Shown: positions 39,420 through 51,540 of the stretch, piece after piece | Layout of the letters: every line of letters starts with the position of its first letter | Position numbering within the stretch: position 1 is the stretch's first letter | Assembly (NCBI GenBank): GCA_030265395.1 | Contig: JARFYF010000074.1 | Coordinates: 25,965,660 to 26,029,659 of the forward strand | DNA: 64,000 nt | Reading direction: 5' to 3' | Origin: Rhina ancylostomus | Taxonomy: Eukaryota | The notes under the pieces: generated by a model | Databases searched by the model: none | Told to the model about the DNA's origin: nothing | Seen by the model: only the letters and a program-made list of their open reading frames with translations | Translations under genes and position numbers: made by a program

Positions 39420-39740
39420 TAAAGGCAACTGAGTCATACAGATAAAAAGGTCTCAAATTCAATGTTTGGTCTATGCTCTGTTTACCAGTCAATGCTAAGT
39501 TGATCAGTTGCACACTATAGGGGAGATGCAATTGGGCTGTATTTCCTTGAGCTAGGATGACATGACTGAAGTGATTCTGCATTTGATTGCTATCCAGTGA
39601 CTTTGGTTTAGCATGAATGTATGAATGGACATTAGATGGGAAAATGATTAGTCTTGGCTTGAATACACCTTGCAGTGAATTCCTGGCTAATATACTTGAC
39701 TATCCAGGGAGCTCAAGTATGATATTAGCCTTGGGAACAT
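39420..39740 (+). mobile_element. ancient tRNA-head SINE-like remnant
   Basis: actgagtcatacaga..aaggtctcaaattcaat (B-box-like) and tgattgctatccagtgac resemble an old chondrichthyan SINE; from recall only. Confidence 0.35.
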
Positions 39741-42700
39741 GATGAAGTTAGAATTAATTCTGAAATTTCCCTCCATTTCCCCAGAGCAATTCTGGAAGCC
39801 AGGAACACATGGGCAGCCTCTATGTTGCCAAGTTACAAATCATGCAACATGGATTATCTGACATGTTTCTATCATTTACTTAAATTATGTAATCTGCCCA
39901 ATCCATGCTAATTTAGGCAGAAAATGTCAGAAATAGCTTAGCTGGGAAAGAACAGGTTCCTGAAGGAGTTTCCATTATAATCCCTTGGAGCTATGTGTGG
40001 GAGATAGTATACACCCAGTGGAAAACCTGAACCAATCTCTTCAGAGAGAAGAGGAATGGATAAAATCAGCCAAGATGAAACGAGGAAAATAATCAGGCTG
40101 ATTCTGTCTGCAGCAGATTATACTTTTGGTTAGTTACAAAATCGTATAAAATCACTTGTTATAATTTTGTTTCATTAAATGATCAGCTACATAAAGATAA
40201 ATACCTGAAATAACCTATATCTATCTCCTTTGGAGAGAGAGTTGTATTTAAAATGATCTATTCAAATAGTTTGGCAAATGGATTTAGTTTGGAAATTGGA
40301 GCAAGAAACAAAATCCCAGCTGCGATTAATTTCAGCATAGTTCCATGACCATTGTGATGAATTATTATTATCTGATATGTTTACGTTGTGGATACAATAT
40401 TTTGCACTTTTATGGGTAGTGAACTATTTTTTGTGCAAAAGATCAACTGTCAAATGTTGAAACATTCTTATCCATGAAACAGCTGTAAGTTTTACCACTG
40501 AATTCAATTTTTCCGGTCTCCTTTATGCCTACATTAAAAAAAATCTAAACAAATGAATATTGATCTTTATATGAATCTCTGTAATTGTTGGATTTTCATT
40601 TTTTTTCCAAAGCAATTTCATTGTATTGAACCACTGAGAGCCCTGCTCTTAAAGAAACCCATGCACGCAATGATAATGATGGAACTTAAGGTTATGAAAT
40701 AAGTATGAAATTGACAAGCAGATCATTAAGCCAGAGATGGAGGATCCACAAGGGAAAATGCTGCATTACAGGAATAGAATTTTGCTATCTTTCAAAGACA
40801 GCACATAGGCATTTCTTTTCCATTACAGTACTCAGAGCAGACAAACACATTTTTTGTGTCAATGATTAAGATTCTTTCCAACACTCTGAGGTAGATGTGG
40901 GCATCCAAGCATTAAACAGGACCATGCTGAATTGAATAGAGCCAATGCAGGATTCTGAAATGTAATATATTCATTACAATGCATACTCAAATTTTTGTTT
41001 ACTATGTAGGTCAGTAGACAACTCATTAGAAAGCTAACATTGATATACACTGTGCTTGATACACAAAATAATCTACTAATGCCACGCATTAAATCTTGTA
41101 CCAGAGTTTCAGTGTTGCTACTTTATTGCTATTGACTATATAATTACAGCATGACTCACAGGTAGCTTTGCTTTGGTTCAGACAAGTGTGCTGAGTGGAC
41201 ATAATGGCCCAGAAATGTCAGTACAAATGCAAATAATCCTTGACAAGGCAATGCTTTTGTGACTTTAAAATGTCAAGAAGAAGGCTCAAATCATTTGTTA
41301 TTACTTCACTTTCAGACTCTTTTTAAGGCCAAAATATTGAACAAGAAAGACAAATTCAGCAGAAAAATAATACATAATAAACGTATCCCAGAATTATTTT
41401 GCTTTGATATTGGTCAAAGTCAGAAATCATTAATATTTCAACAAAGTAAAAAGTAAGAGACTAGCAATTCTTAATAAGCATAAAATAAGGCTTCACAGAG
41501 GATCTGTACCAGCTTCTTCCTTATCGGAACAATTTACTTAGGTTCACAATGTGCAAGGAATTGTGTGTGCAGAGGAATGAATCACAGGCCTTTCATGCAA
41601 ATATACACAGTAGTGACCTGCAATTTCAGCAGCTGGGGAAGAAGTGTCAACATACCTGCACAATCACCTGCCACGCAGGAAGACCTTCAAGAGGCAGTTG
41701 TCAATGGAAACCCCTGCTTCAAACAGAGCAGCTAAAGTGGATGATATTATGCCAGACATGGTGGGAGCTGCACTTTGCTTCTCTTGATAAACAACTGGAT
41801 ATCATGGTGTTTGAGCTCAGGATCCCATTCAAAGAAAACAACTAGCTTTACCTGGAATATCACAGGAATCTTATCCATCAGGGAGGATTCCATGCTCTTC
41901 TTCAGTGACAGACACTCTGTCAGTGGGTCTGCTGGAGACTTCTTTAATTGCCATTCATGCATGCCTTCATCCTCCTATTAAGGTCTGCTTTCCCTGTAGA
42001 GGCCATTTCTACAGCAACCACGCATGCTGACATCACTGCTATGCATGCTGCATCTTCCATGCACTGACATACCACACACAAGAGGGAGAGTGACTGAATT
42101 TCATGTCCTGTGCTATGCATGCAAGGAAATGACCGTTGTATTTAGTGATCAATTGTGCACTTCTGTTCAATCAAACAGTGCAAAAAAAAGCATTATGCAT
42201 TTGAGTTCATTAGCTTCTGTTACGTTTTTCTTATCAAACTAATTGCTATGAATATTGTTCCATGAGTGATATTCAGATGGGGCCCAAATCCATTGAAAGA
42301 GCCCAGACAATTACATACCAATGGTAGTGTTTCAGCTGAGGCAGTTTAAGGGCAAAGCCTTACTAATTACCCTGAAAGCAATGTATCCATTTGATTCTTA
42401 GCAAATCTATTGTTTAACTTCTATTACTAGCTAATTATCTGTGTAACTTCACAAGTACAGCTACTTGTTTGCCATGCAGATAGTGGATCTATATTTAATT
42501 ACTGCATGTGCCAGGATTTATAAATGTTTATTCATGTCTCTTTAATTTCTTATTTATTAATTAGTTATTTTCAGTTGTCACATTCTCTGGAAACAATCAA
42601 ACATACTTTACTGTGAAGTTCTCAGAATCATGGAAAAACAATTAATACAGCAGAGGGAAGGTCATTTAGCTCACCAGTTTGTACTGGCTTCTTGTAAAGC

Positions 42701-43173
42701 AAACTGTCCAGTCCCATTTCCACATACAGCATTCTTTTACCATGCCCCTGCAAATTATATCCTCTGTTTGGCTGCACAGTTTTCCCCGGACCATTGATCT
42801 TGTATTTGCAGAGAAATCTCTGGGCTCAGAAGGGTTGTATGGCCAAACAAGGAGAGAGGGAGACAGCAACTTCCATGACATTTAGCAGGTGATGAGAGCA
42901 ACTGTAGAATCCAGGTGGTTTGGCAACACATGGAGCAAGTGCAGCCAGTCCTCAGAAGTGGCCTGCCCTCACTGTGATGGCCAGGGTACACTTCTGTGCC
43001 CCCATCTCAGAGCTGAGCAACACTAGCGCTCAAGACCGCCTCATTACACTGTGCTGTGGGTGATTCTCTGCTGCAGGATCACCAGCAGGGATTTGTGCCA
43101 GTTTCTTGGCACAGATGGCCGCAGCAGTGAGGAGGACAAGGGTTCACACCGGGTTTCCAGTGCCCAGGTTCCC

Positions 43174-43452
43174 AGTAGCGTAACGCTTTACAGCGCCAGT
43201 AACCTGGGTTCAATTCCCGCCGCTGTCTGTAAGGAGTTTGTGCGTTCTCCCCATGTGTGCATGGGTTTCCTCCGGGTGCTCTGGTTTCCTCCCACGTTCC
43301 AAAGACATACAGGTTAGGAAGTTGTGGGCATGCCATGTTGGCGCCGGAAGCATGGTGACACTTACAGGCTGCCCCCAGAACACTCTACACGAAGAGATGC
43401 ATTTCACTGTGTGTTTCGATGTACATGTGACTAATAAAGAGATCTTATCTTA
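43174..43452 (+). mobile_element. V-SINE with Rex1-like tail
   Basis: B box gggttcaattccc, V domain ggagtttgtgcgttctcccc..gggtttcctccgggtgctctggtttcctcccac, tail gtacatgtgactaataaagagatcttatctta. Confidence 0.9.
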
Positions 43453-43589
43453 CAGCAACACACAGCAGCAGGGAGGGCAGTTCCTGACACAGCAGTGCTG
43501 TCAGTCAAACATCTTTTTATACAAAATGCTACAATGACCCCTTCCATCTTGAGAATGCGTGATATCAATTCTGCCAGCTTACCTATGTG

Positions 43590-44120
43590 CATGTGCAGTC
43601 AATTACTATTGTCCTTAGAACCTTGGCAAGTTTGTGTCATCTGCAAGTTTTACCTTGCACACCTTTTTCTAATTCTTTAAGGGATATAAGTAAAAAGTAG
43701 TGATCCAAGCACCAATCCTTGGGAGCACCAGTGTCTGCCGTTCTCCAGTCTGAAAAACTACCATTTACTTCAACTCTTGGTATTCAGTCCTTTCATTGAT
43801 CATTATCCATGCTACCATGAACCCTTTAACTTTGCACAGCTGATATGCTTTTACATGGTACTTCGTCAAAACACTTCTAAATAATCTAAATAGATGACAT
43901 ATGTCTTGCATACCAAAGTAAAAGAATGATCAAGTTAGCCTAAAAATATTTGCCTTTAAAAATCTACGCTACCTCTCCATTTTTAACCTAAATTTCTCCA
44001 GTGTCTATTTCCCCCTGATTACTATTTCTTAAAGCTTCCATGCCACTAGACGTAAACTGGGCAATATGTAGTTGTCTGGGATGCTCTTAAACCTTTCCTG
44101 CCATTTTCCTGTCTTCTGAT
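43590..44120 (-). mobile_element. old CR1 RT fragment
   Basis: gtgtcatctgcaagtt (~FADDT) and caatccttggggagcacca-like segment (~GxPQG) in reverse orientation. Confidence 0.6.
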
Positions 44121-44218
44121 ACCTCCACTCTATCTAGGGAAGACAAGACCCTGCTTCAAAAGGGCAGTAATCATACCAGTGCCCAAGAAGAGCAGAGTGA
44201 GCTGCCTCAATGACTTTA

Positions 44219-44463
44219 CTTTTTTTTACATTTACAGCGTGGTAGCAGGCCCTTCCGGCCCAACGAGTCCACACCGCCCATTTTAAACCCCAAATTAACC
44301 TACCCGTACGCCTTTGGAATGTGGGAGGAAACTGAAGCACCCGGAGGAAACCCACGCAGACACGGGAGAACGTACAAATTCCTTACAAGCAGTGGCAGGA
44401 ATCGAACCTGGGTTGCTGGCGCTGTAATAGCGTCGTGGTACCCACTACGCTACTGTGCTGCCC
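44219..44463 (-). mobile_element. V-SINE (HE1-like) with CR1-type tail
   Basis: Reverse-complement V domain gtgggaggaaactgaagcacccggaggaaacccacgcagacacgggagaacg; tail gggccggaagggcctgctaccacgctgt followed by A-rich sequence. Confidence 0.9.
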
Positions 44464-44690
44464 ACTGGACTATTGTCCAGTGCACTCACATCTACTGTGA
44501 TGAAATGCTTTNNNNNNNNNNNNNNNNNNNNNNNNNNNNNNNNNNNNNNNNNNNNNNNNNNNNNNNNNNNNNNNNNNNNNNNNNNNNNNNNNNNNNNNNN
44601 NNNNNNNNNNNNNNNNNNNNNNNNNNNNNNNNNNNNNNNNNNNNNNNNNNNNNNNNNNNNNNNNNNNNNNNNNNNNNNNNNNNNNNNNNN

Positions 44691-45465
44691 AAAGGGTGAG
44701 CAGCTTCGTGTTCCTGGGCATCAACATCTCAGAGGATCTATCCTGGGCCCAATACACTGATGCAATCATGAAGAAGGCATGCCAGTAGCTCTACTTCGTT
44801 AGGAGTTTGAGGAGATTTGGTGTGTCACCAAAGACTCTTGAAAATTTCTATAGATGTACGGTGGAGAGCATTCTGACTGGTTGTATCACAGCTTGGTATG
44901 GAGCCTCCAATGCACAGGATTGCAAGAGGCTGCAGAGGGTTGTAGACTCAGCCAGCTCCACAACAGGCACAACCCATTGTTCTGTGATTGTTTTTACTCT
45001 GTACTAACTCAATGCACTGTGTAATGAATTGATCTGTACAAACAACACGCAAGACAAGTTTTTCACTGCCCCTCGTTACAAGTGACAATAATAAACCAAT
45101 ACCAATACCAAACCGTCCCCACGATCAAGGACATCTTCAAGAGGTGGTGCCTCAAGAAGGTGGTATTCATCACTCAGGACCCTCGCCATCTGGGACATGC
45201 CCTTTTCTCGTCACCACCATCGGAGAGGAGGTACAGGAGCCTGAAGGCCCATAATCAATGATTTAGGAATAACTTCTTCCCCTCTACCATCAGATTTCTG
45301 AATGGTCCATGAACCCATGAACTACACTACATCATTATTCCTCTTTTACACTATTTATTTATTTTGTAATTTATAGTAATTTTATGTCTTTGGACCGTAC
45401 TGCTGCTAGAAAACAACAAATTTCATGACATATAAGTCAGTGATGATAAACCTGATTCTGATTCT
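44691..45465 (+). mobile_element. Rex1/Babar LINE 3' part with a nested Rex1-type tail (about 44976-45110)
   Basis: LENFYRCTVESILTGCITAWYG; final tail ataaacctgattctgattctga; inner tail gtgacaataataaaccaataccaatacca. Confidence 0.88.
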
Positions 45466-45484
45466 GAAATCCCAGCAAGATGTT

Positions 45485-46335
45485 ATAGAACATTGAACAT
45501 AGTGTAGGACCAGGCCCTTCTGCCCTGATGTCAGTGCCAACCATGATGACAAATTAATGTATTCCCATCTGCCAGCACATGGTCCATATCCCCCCATTCT
45601 CTGCATGTTCATGTGCCTATCTAACTGCCTCTTAAACATCATCATCCATATCTGCTTCCACCACCTCCATTGGTAGCAAGTTCCAGGCACATACCACTGT
45701 CTACGTAAAAAACTTGCCATGGACATCTCCTTTCAATTTTCCCCTCTCACGTTAAATCTATGCCCTCTAGTATGTGACATTTCCACCTTGGGAAAAAGAC
45801 TCTGTCTACGCTATATCTCTAATAATTTTATAAGGTTCTAGCAGGTCTCCCCTCTAATGCTGCAGAAAAAACAACTCAAGTTTGTCAAACCTCTCCTTAT
45901 AGCTAATACTTTCTAATCCAGGCAATCCCTGTGAACGTCTTCTGCACCCTCTCCAAAGCCTCCACATCCCTCCTGTAATGCAGTGAACAGAACTGCACAC
46001 AATTCTCTTATTTCTCTGTCCTCATTTCCAACTAGTCTGTATCCTGCTGTAGCCCGTAACAACCTTCCCCACTATCCATAACTCCACAAATTTTGTGTGT
46101 CATCTGCAAATTCACTAATCAGCCCAGCTACATTTTCATATCATATAGAGAGGTCCCACCACTGATCCCTGCTGAACACCATTGGTCGTAGACCTCCAGT
46201 CAGAGAAACACCCCTCCATCACAACTCTCTGTCTTCTAGGACCAACCCACTTTTGAATCTGATTTACTGGGTCACCATGAAATCCCATGTGTCTTAATCT
46301 TCTGGATCAGCCTACCAAGGACCTTGTCAAATGTC
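45485..46335 (-). mobile_element. HER1/CR1 LINE 3' part
   Basis: Starts with reverse tail atagaacattgaaca..caggcccttc; includes gtcatctgcaaa (FADD) and actgatccctgctgaacacca (~GVxQGS). Confidence 0.9.
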
Positions 46336-46574
46336 TCCTACAATCTCCAACCCCACTTCCTTCAGGAACATAGGATATATCACATTCAGATCAGGTGGCC
46401 TATTTATTTTAAATACAGCCCGCCTTTCAAGTACTTCCTCTTTATCAGTTTTCACCCCCTTCATTATCAACATTCTGTCCCTGCTACTGAGATTTGGTAA
46501 TATACTTTTCTTTGGGAAAGGCCAATAAAATTAGTCATTGTATTCCAACCACATCTTCTGCCTCTTGTGCATAA

Positions 46575-46745
46575 GAGTCAAAGAATAAACAGCATGGAAA
46601 CAGGCCCTTCAGTGCCAACAAAGTTGTTTCCTTGAGCTAGTCCCATTTTCCCACGTTTGACCCATTTCCCTCTAAACTTTTCCTACCCATGTATCTATCT
46701 AAACGTCTTTTAAACGTTGCAATTATACCTGCCTTTACCACGAGC
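46575..46745 (-). mobile_element. CR1 3' tail
   Basis: acagcatggaaacaggcccttcag..ccctctaaactttt. Confidence 0.75.
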
Positions 46746-46837
46746 TGCCAGAGAAATGCTTCAGGGAGTTCACCAGTAAATTAATGAATATAATGTTACT
46801 TAGATTTTTGTAATTTAGTTTATTTCACATGTAATAA

Positions 46838-46920
46838 CAGGTGACCCTGCTTTACAGGGGGTTGTGTTCCTAGAAAATGGTCCACATCATGATTTCCATA
46901 ACGCAAAGCCATGTCATTCA
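46838..46920. mobile_element. Tigger-like MITE terminus fragment
   Basis: caggtgaccctgctttac..gttcctagaaaa is similar to the 12033 and 58305 termini. Confidence 0.4.
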
Positions 46921-48009
46921 TGCCTGTTGAAAAAAATTTGTTTATTTATTTACTATTTATCATTTTAATTCCATAAGAGATAATTTTATACTGCATCTCA
47001 GATTCTTGGGTAGGGAATTGTGAATTCTGTAAGGATGAATTTACATTACCCAAATGGCAGAAATGTGCCCTGTATAAAAGATGCCATTAATTTCATTGTT
47101 AGTTTAATAAGGAACAGTTCAGTCAGCTGTATAAGGCAGCACATTAAGCTGTGGTACAGTTCTGAAGAGCAAACACAGCAGGTACCAACTCCCTTAAGGG
47201 AGTCTTCCCTGGATTCTGAGATTGACAACATTGTGGCCATAGAAAAGATCACAGAAACTGAAGAAAATCAGTAACTGTATGAACTAGAAGGACCAAAAAT
47301 TTCTACTGTAAGTTAAGGGGAAAGAGATTTAGGTGCAGTGAGATAGGATGAAGAGCTGTAAGAAAGCAAGTCGGGGTGCTGAAAGAATTTTCAATCAAAA
47401 TAGAATGGTGGAGGTATTTTCATATTGTTTAATCAGATGCATTTGTTTTTATTTGTGATTGTCATCTGATAGATTCTCTGGAGGGTACACACAGGTTGCC
47501 TGCAAGTATTGTTTTGTGCCATGACAGGTCTATAGCATAGTTATGACACCCACAACTCTAGATGCTATCTGCTGAATAATTTGCTACTGACATTGAGTTG
47601 CCTCTTTAGAGACTTGTAATAATATACATCATTAACATTGACATAGGCTCTTGTTAGTTTCTATTTCCTTTTTCCTTTGCGTGTGTATTTCTGACACTGT
47701 GCACTCTTGGGATAGCTGTATACAAATATAATTATTTATTCTTATTTTAAATTCTACTCTAATCATAACTGCTACAATTCTAATACTGCCAGGTGACTCA
47801 TTAAAATTATTTGAATTGTTTATTTACTACTGAAGTATCAATTTTAAGCAAAAACATAGAAAATATTTTTGGATTAATTTTTCTGTTTGCTTCTCAAAAA
47901 TGAATGCATTCTGCAATGATTGAGGAAGATTCTGCAATTTCTTGAAAGTAAGAAATGGGTAATCAACATATTTATAGTATGTGTGGGTTGCTCTTCAGAC
48001 ACTATGTTT

Positions 48010-48170
48010 TATCCTAAGGATCTTGGCATTCCTGACAATGGCAGCATTTATTGTCCAACCCTGGTTGCTGTTCAATCTTCTCCAACCCTGGTTGTTGTTC
48101 TTGAAGTCAAGAATGGAGACAGCTTGCTCGGACACTTCAATGGCACCTAAGAGTCAGCATATATACGGCT
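48010..48170 (-). mobile_element. CR1-clade LINE 3' end with internal 27-bp-period duplication
   Basis: ggatcttggcattcctgacaatggcagcatttattgtcc (same family as 57775); tccaaccctggttg(c/t)tgttc at 48054 and 48081. Confidence 0.6.
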
Positions 48171-48217
48171 GAATTCCTGGTTTATTTTCAGACACAAAGT
48201 GAATCTACAGCCTAAGC

Positions 48218-48341
48218 TACACAGACAAAAAGTGCTGGAGAAACTCAGCAGGTCAGGCAGCATCTATGGAGAGAAATAAACAGTCGATGTTTCGGATCGA
48301 GACCTTCATCAGGATTCCAGCATTTGCAGAATCTCTTGTGC
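48218..48341. mobile_element. Penelope-derived short element, 13-bp exact TSD, hammerhead-like core on the minus strand
   Basis: ctacagcctaagc at 48205-48217 and 48342-48354; minus strand 48281-48316 reads aatc-CTGATGA-aggtctcgatcc-GAAAC-ATC-gactg. Confidence 0.8.
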
Positions 48342-48799
48342 CTACAGCCTAAGCCACCAGTTCTACAGTAACTTTAAGCTCTTCCTTGAACACTACTCCC
48401 TCAGGAACAGTATTTGATTAAACTAGGGCTGCCTCTTGACCCCAAATGCACAAGGATTACAGAGGCCCTGTCCCAGTTCATACTTTTCTTTGTTTTCTTG
48501 TCAAAAGTGAAAGCAGGCAACCTCACAGGTCTGCACAAAGTCAATCAGTTCGGTGTTTGATGCCAGCTAAACACAGCCACGTAAAACCCGACATCAGCAA
48601 GGTGGGATTGAGACCGGGTGAACATTAAACCCCCCAATGTGTTGACTCACAAGATCAGTTTCTAGATAATATTGGGAATCTGGTAGTTTCCTTGCTAATT
48701 ATTTTCAAAAGCTTCCAGAAGTCTATTTAAAGTGGGAATGTATCTCTTTAAGCAAGGTGGTATTGCCTGATTTCATGTTTGATTGAAGACTGTAGTAGT

Positions 48800-48965
48800 T
48801 AAAATAAATCATAAGACTTCATCCCCAGAGGTGCTGAGGTGGTCAGGGTGAGGTACCCGAGCGCCATCAAAGCCATTCTTCAGCAGGCTTGGACAAAAGT
48901 TATTGACAAAGTTAATGCCATCAGCATTAACTCTGGGCCTAGTTTCCATGATTAGCTGCAGGTAA
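48800..48965 (+). pseudogene. Harbinger Myb/SANT-like remnant
   Basis: LQQAWTKVIDKVNAISINS resembles AWxxVAxxVNA; followed by a cagGTAAAT donor-like site. Confidence 0.4.
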
Positions 48966-49724
48966 ATGTCTCATTTAAAACAGGTTAGGTTATACTCAGC
49001 TACCATCTTCACTAGCTGCAATTTCCTTATGTCTGGCTAAATTCTTGGTGGGATCCTCGTTTTGTCACAGAATCCAAATATCAAGGACTCTGACCAACAG
49101 TGCTGAGCACCTGGCCAATATCCTTTTAGTTGTGATCAGAAATGGCTGACGGGGCACCTTTAAATCGCAAAGACAAGGACTTTCTCTCCAAGTTGGGAAC
49201 CCAATTATCTCATTCCCAGATAAAAGAGATAAAACTGAGGCCTAAACTATGATTATTGCAGACATTAATAAATTGGTGCAAAGAAAAGTCCCGTGCAAGA
49301 ATAAAATTTAATGTTTTTAATCGGACAGGTGTCAGACATCCATCACGAAGTTTTAGTAAATGAATGAAAATGCCTGCAGTTCCAATCTACCCTCTATGGA
49401 TCAAACACAATCCCTCCCAATGGGAAAAGACTCACATCTCCACTTTCTGTAATTGAGGCAAATTGGCTGGTGCGGAGAACCGAAACCAGACTGTCTCAAG
49501 ATTAGATTACCGGGTCTGTCAGAAGTCTGCCTGGCTTCAACACTGTCATTACATATGTCATATTTTACTTTTAAGCAACTTGACTACTAAAATAATCAAT
49601 TTACCAATCATTATGTGAGTTGCCAGTGGCCAGATGCCCATCTGAAGATGCACTTTAATAAAACCAAAATTGGTACAAAACTGGGCTAAAATATAATTCT
49701 TCAAAAGCTGACAGAGAAATTGAG

Positions 49725-49875
49725 TTACATGGCATTTTTCACAACCTCAGAGCATCATGTTTTAGAATCAATTATTTGCTTTTGAAGTGTAGTCACTGTT
49801 GCAGTGTAAGGAAATACAACAGCCAATTTGTACACAGCAAGGTCCCACAAACAGCAGGAAGTAGTGAGATCACTG
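49725..49875 (-). mobile_element. Deu-domain SINE remnant (SacSINE1/AmnSINE1-like)
   Basis: ttttgaagtgtagtcactgttgcagtgtaaggaaatacaacagccaatttgtacacagcaaggtcccacaaacagc closely matches the Deu-domain reverse complement. Confidence 0.8.
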
Positions 49876-50594
49876 CCAGTGATCCACAGCGAACATTAGC
49901 TAGAGTATAAATAATAAATCATTATGTAATGGCCCATTATTTGTTGGTATTGATCTATTCAAAACAATGAATAATCCATGAGCCTCTTCTTAGCACATGC
50001 TTGGCACCAGGATCAGACAGTAGCATCAGTTTTTTTTAAACAGAGACAATTCTGAATGTAATTATTTTATTTTTAATTCACCTTGTCAGAAGAGGGGATG
50101 TGAGTGTATAGCTCAGTAAAATTAAGAGGATTACTTAGAGAATCAATTTATGAAACTAATTACATTTTAAATCAAGGCTCTGGCTTTCTTTCTGCTTATG
50201 GGTATTTCAGACAATTACAAATTATAAACTGTGTGTCATACCAGATTTCAGATTCTATAATGTGGAGTTGTTTACTCCACATAAGAAATCAATCAGACTA
50301 TTAAAGCACCATCTGCTCGAAAAACGCTGATAGCTTTAATCTTCTGAGCATCACAGTAACCTTTCCTCTGCTGAAAGTATTTTTAATCATATTATTGTAA
50401 TGGGATAGTTTGTTGTCAGGGATGGAGGAGAGATGGAATATGGTAAATTCTTTAATGATTCTTTTCAATAATGTCTTTTAATGTGAATTACATTATGGTT
50501 AAGAGCAAACAATAACATTTAATAAATATTATTTGAGTTTTTCTTTCAATGATAATCGTAAGGTTGCAACATATTTATATCTATTTATATATTG

Positions 50595-50665
50595 TATTGA
50601 TTGGCTGGCCCCAGAACTGCCTATGCAAAATGCATTTCACTGCGTATTTCAATAAAGAAATCTCA
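50595..50665 (+). mobile_element. isolated 3' tail of the 43174-type V-SINE
   Basis: ggctggccccagaact..atgcatttcactgcgtatttcaataaagaaatct resembles 43367-43445. Confidence 0.6.
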
Positions 50666-50984
50666 TGTAAGCTCTCTGACACCTTATATAATGACCCAAA
50701 TATTAATATGAAGTTTGCACAGAGCAATAGGAAGAGGCAAAATGTATGGGTGATATCCAGAGATCAAATGACATTGTTAGAATCTGCAAACGTAACTCAA
50801 CCGAACCAATTAATTTTAACATTTGAGTTTTGTATCTCAAAGTTGCACAGCAACAATGATGCACAAAAACATGATGCATTCACAGCTGCAATTAAAACAG
50901 AAGTACAGAATTGGAAATTAGAGGTTTTAGGACAAAATGTCTGAGCAAAAATAGGCATGGCATGAAAGGCCAATGACAAACTTT

Positions 50985-51540
50985 TGTACCGTAAGTTTTA
51001 ATGCCTCACCAAGATGTGTCAGTGGCTACTTTCAGGATGTGAGGGAGAAACTTTACTGTAGCATTGATGCAAAAAGATCTTGGCTCTGTGACTAAGGGGA
51101 TCTGGTTGGACATAGCTGAGCAGCAGGGGTGTGGTATCCAAGTCATGGATGCGTTGTAAAAAGTGGTTTATTAATCTAACCAAGTCAAGTAGAACTGCTA
51201 ATTAGCTGTACCCCATACTATAGCCACTCCATCAGTTCACTCTGCCTTGCTGAGCAGTGTCCATCATAACCACTTGCTTTCAGTATGATGCAGCCTTCAC
51301 TTAGAATTCACCTCATCAGTTCCCTATTTGATTGTCTCAATTCACCACAAACCTTCTGCATTTTGATGCACCTGCCTCATTGTCACCCTCCCCAGTGCAC
51401 CAATTCATTGGGGAAACATGATCTTCATTTGCTCACACTTTTGTTCCACTTTTACACAAAGGAGAGGAAAAGGGTTGGTGTTGGCCTGTCATAAGCAAGA
51501 CAGATACAGAAGAGGATGCTATGGAGTTAGGTGGCACATC
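50985..51540 (+). pseudogene. two-exon Harbinger Myb/SANT (Myb_DNA-bind_5-like) gene remnant
   Basis: REKLYCSIDAKR/SVTKGIWLDIAE/SRGVVSKSWMRCKKWFINLTKSSR (frameshifted); after a pyrimidine-rich spacer, ERKRVGVG/TDTEEDAMELGG (~RERxxTGGG..LTxxEExALEL). Confidence 0.7.

Noticed and set aside
43185-43225. tRNA gene
   Set aside because: The B box belongs to a SINE head; there is no cloverleaf.
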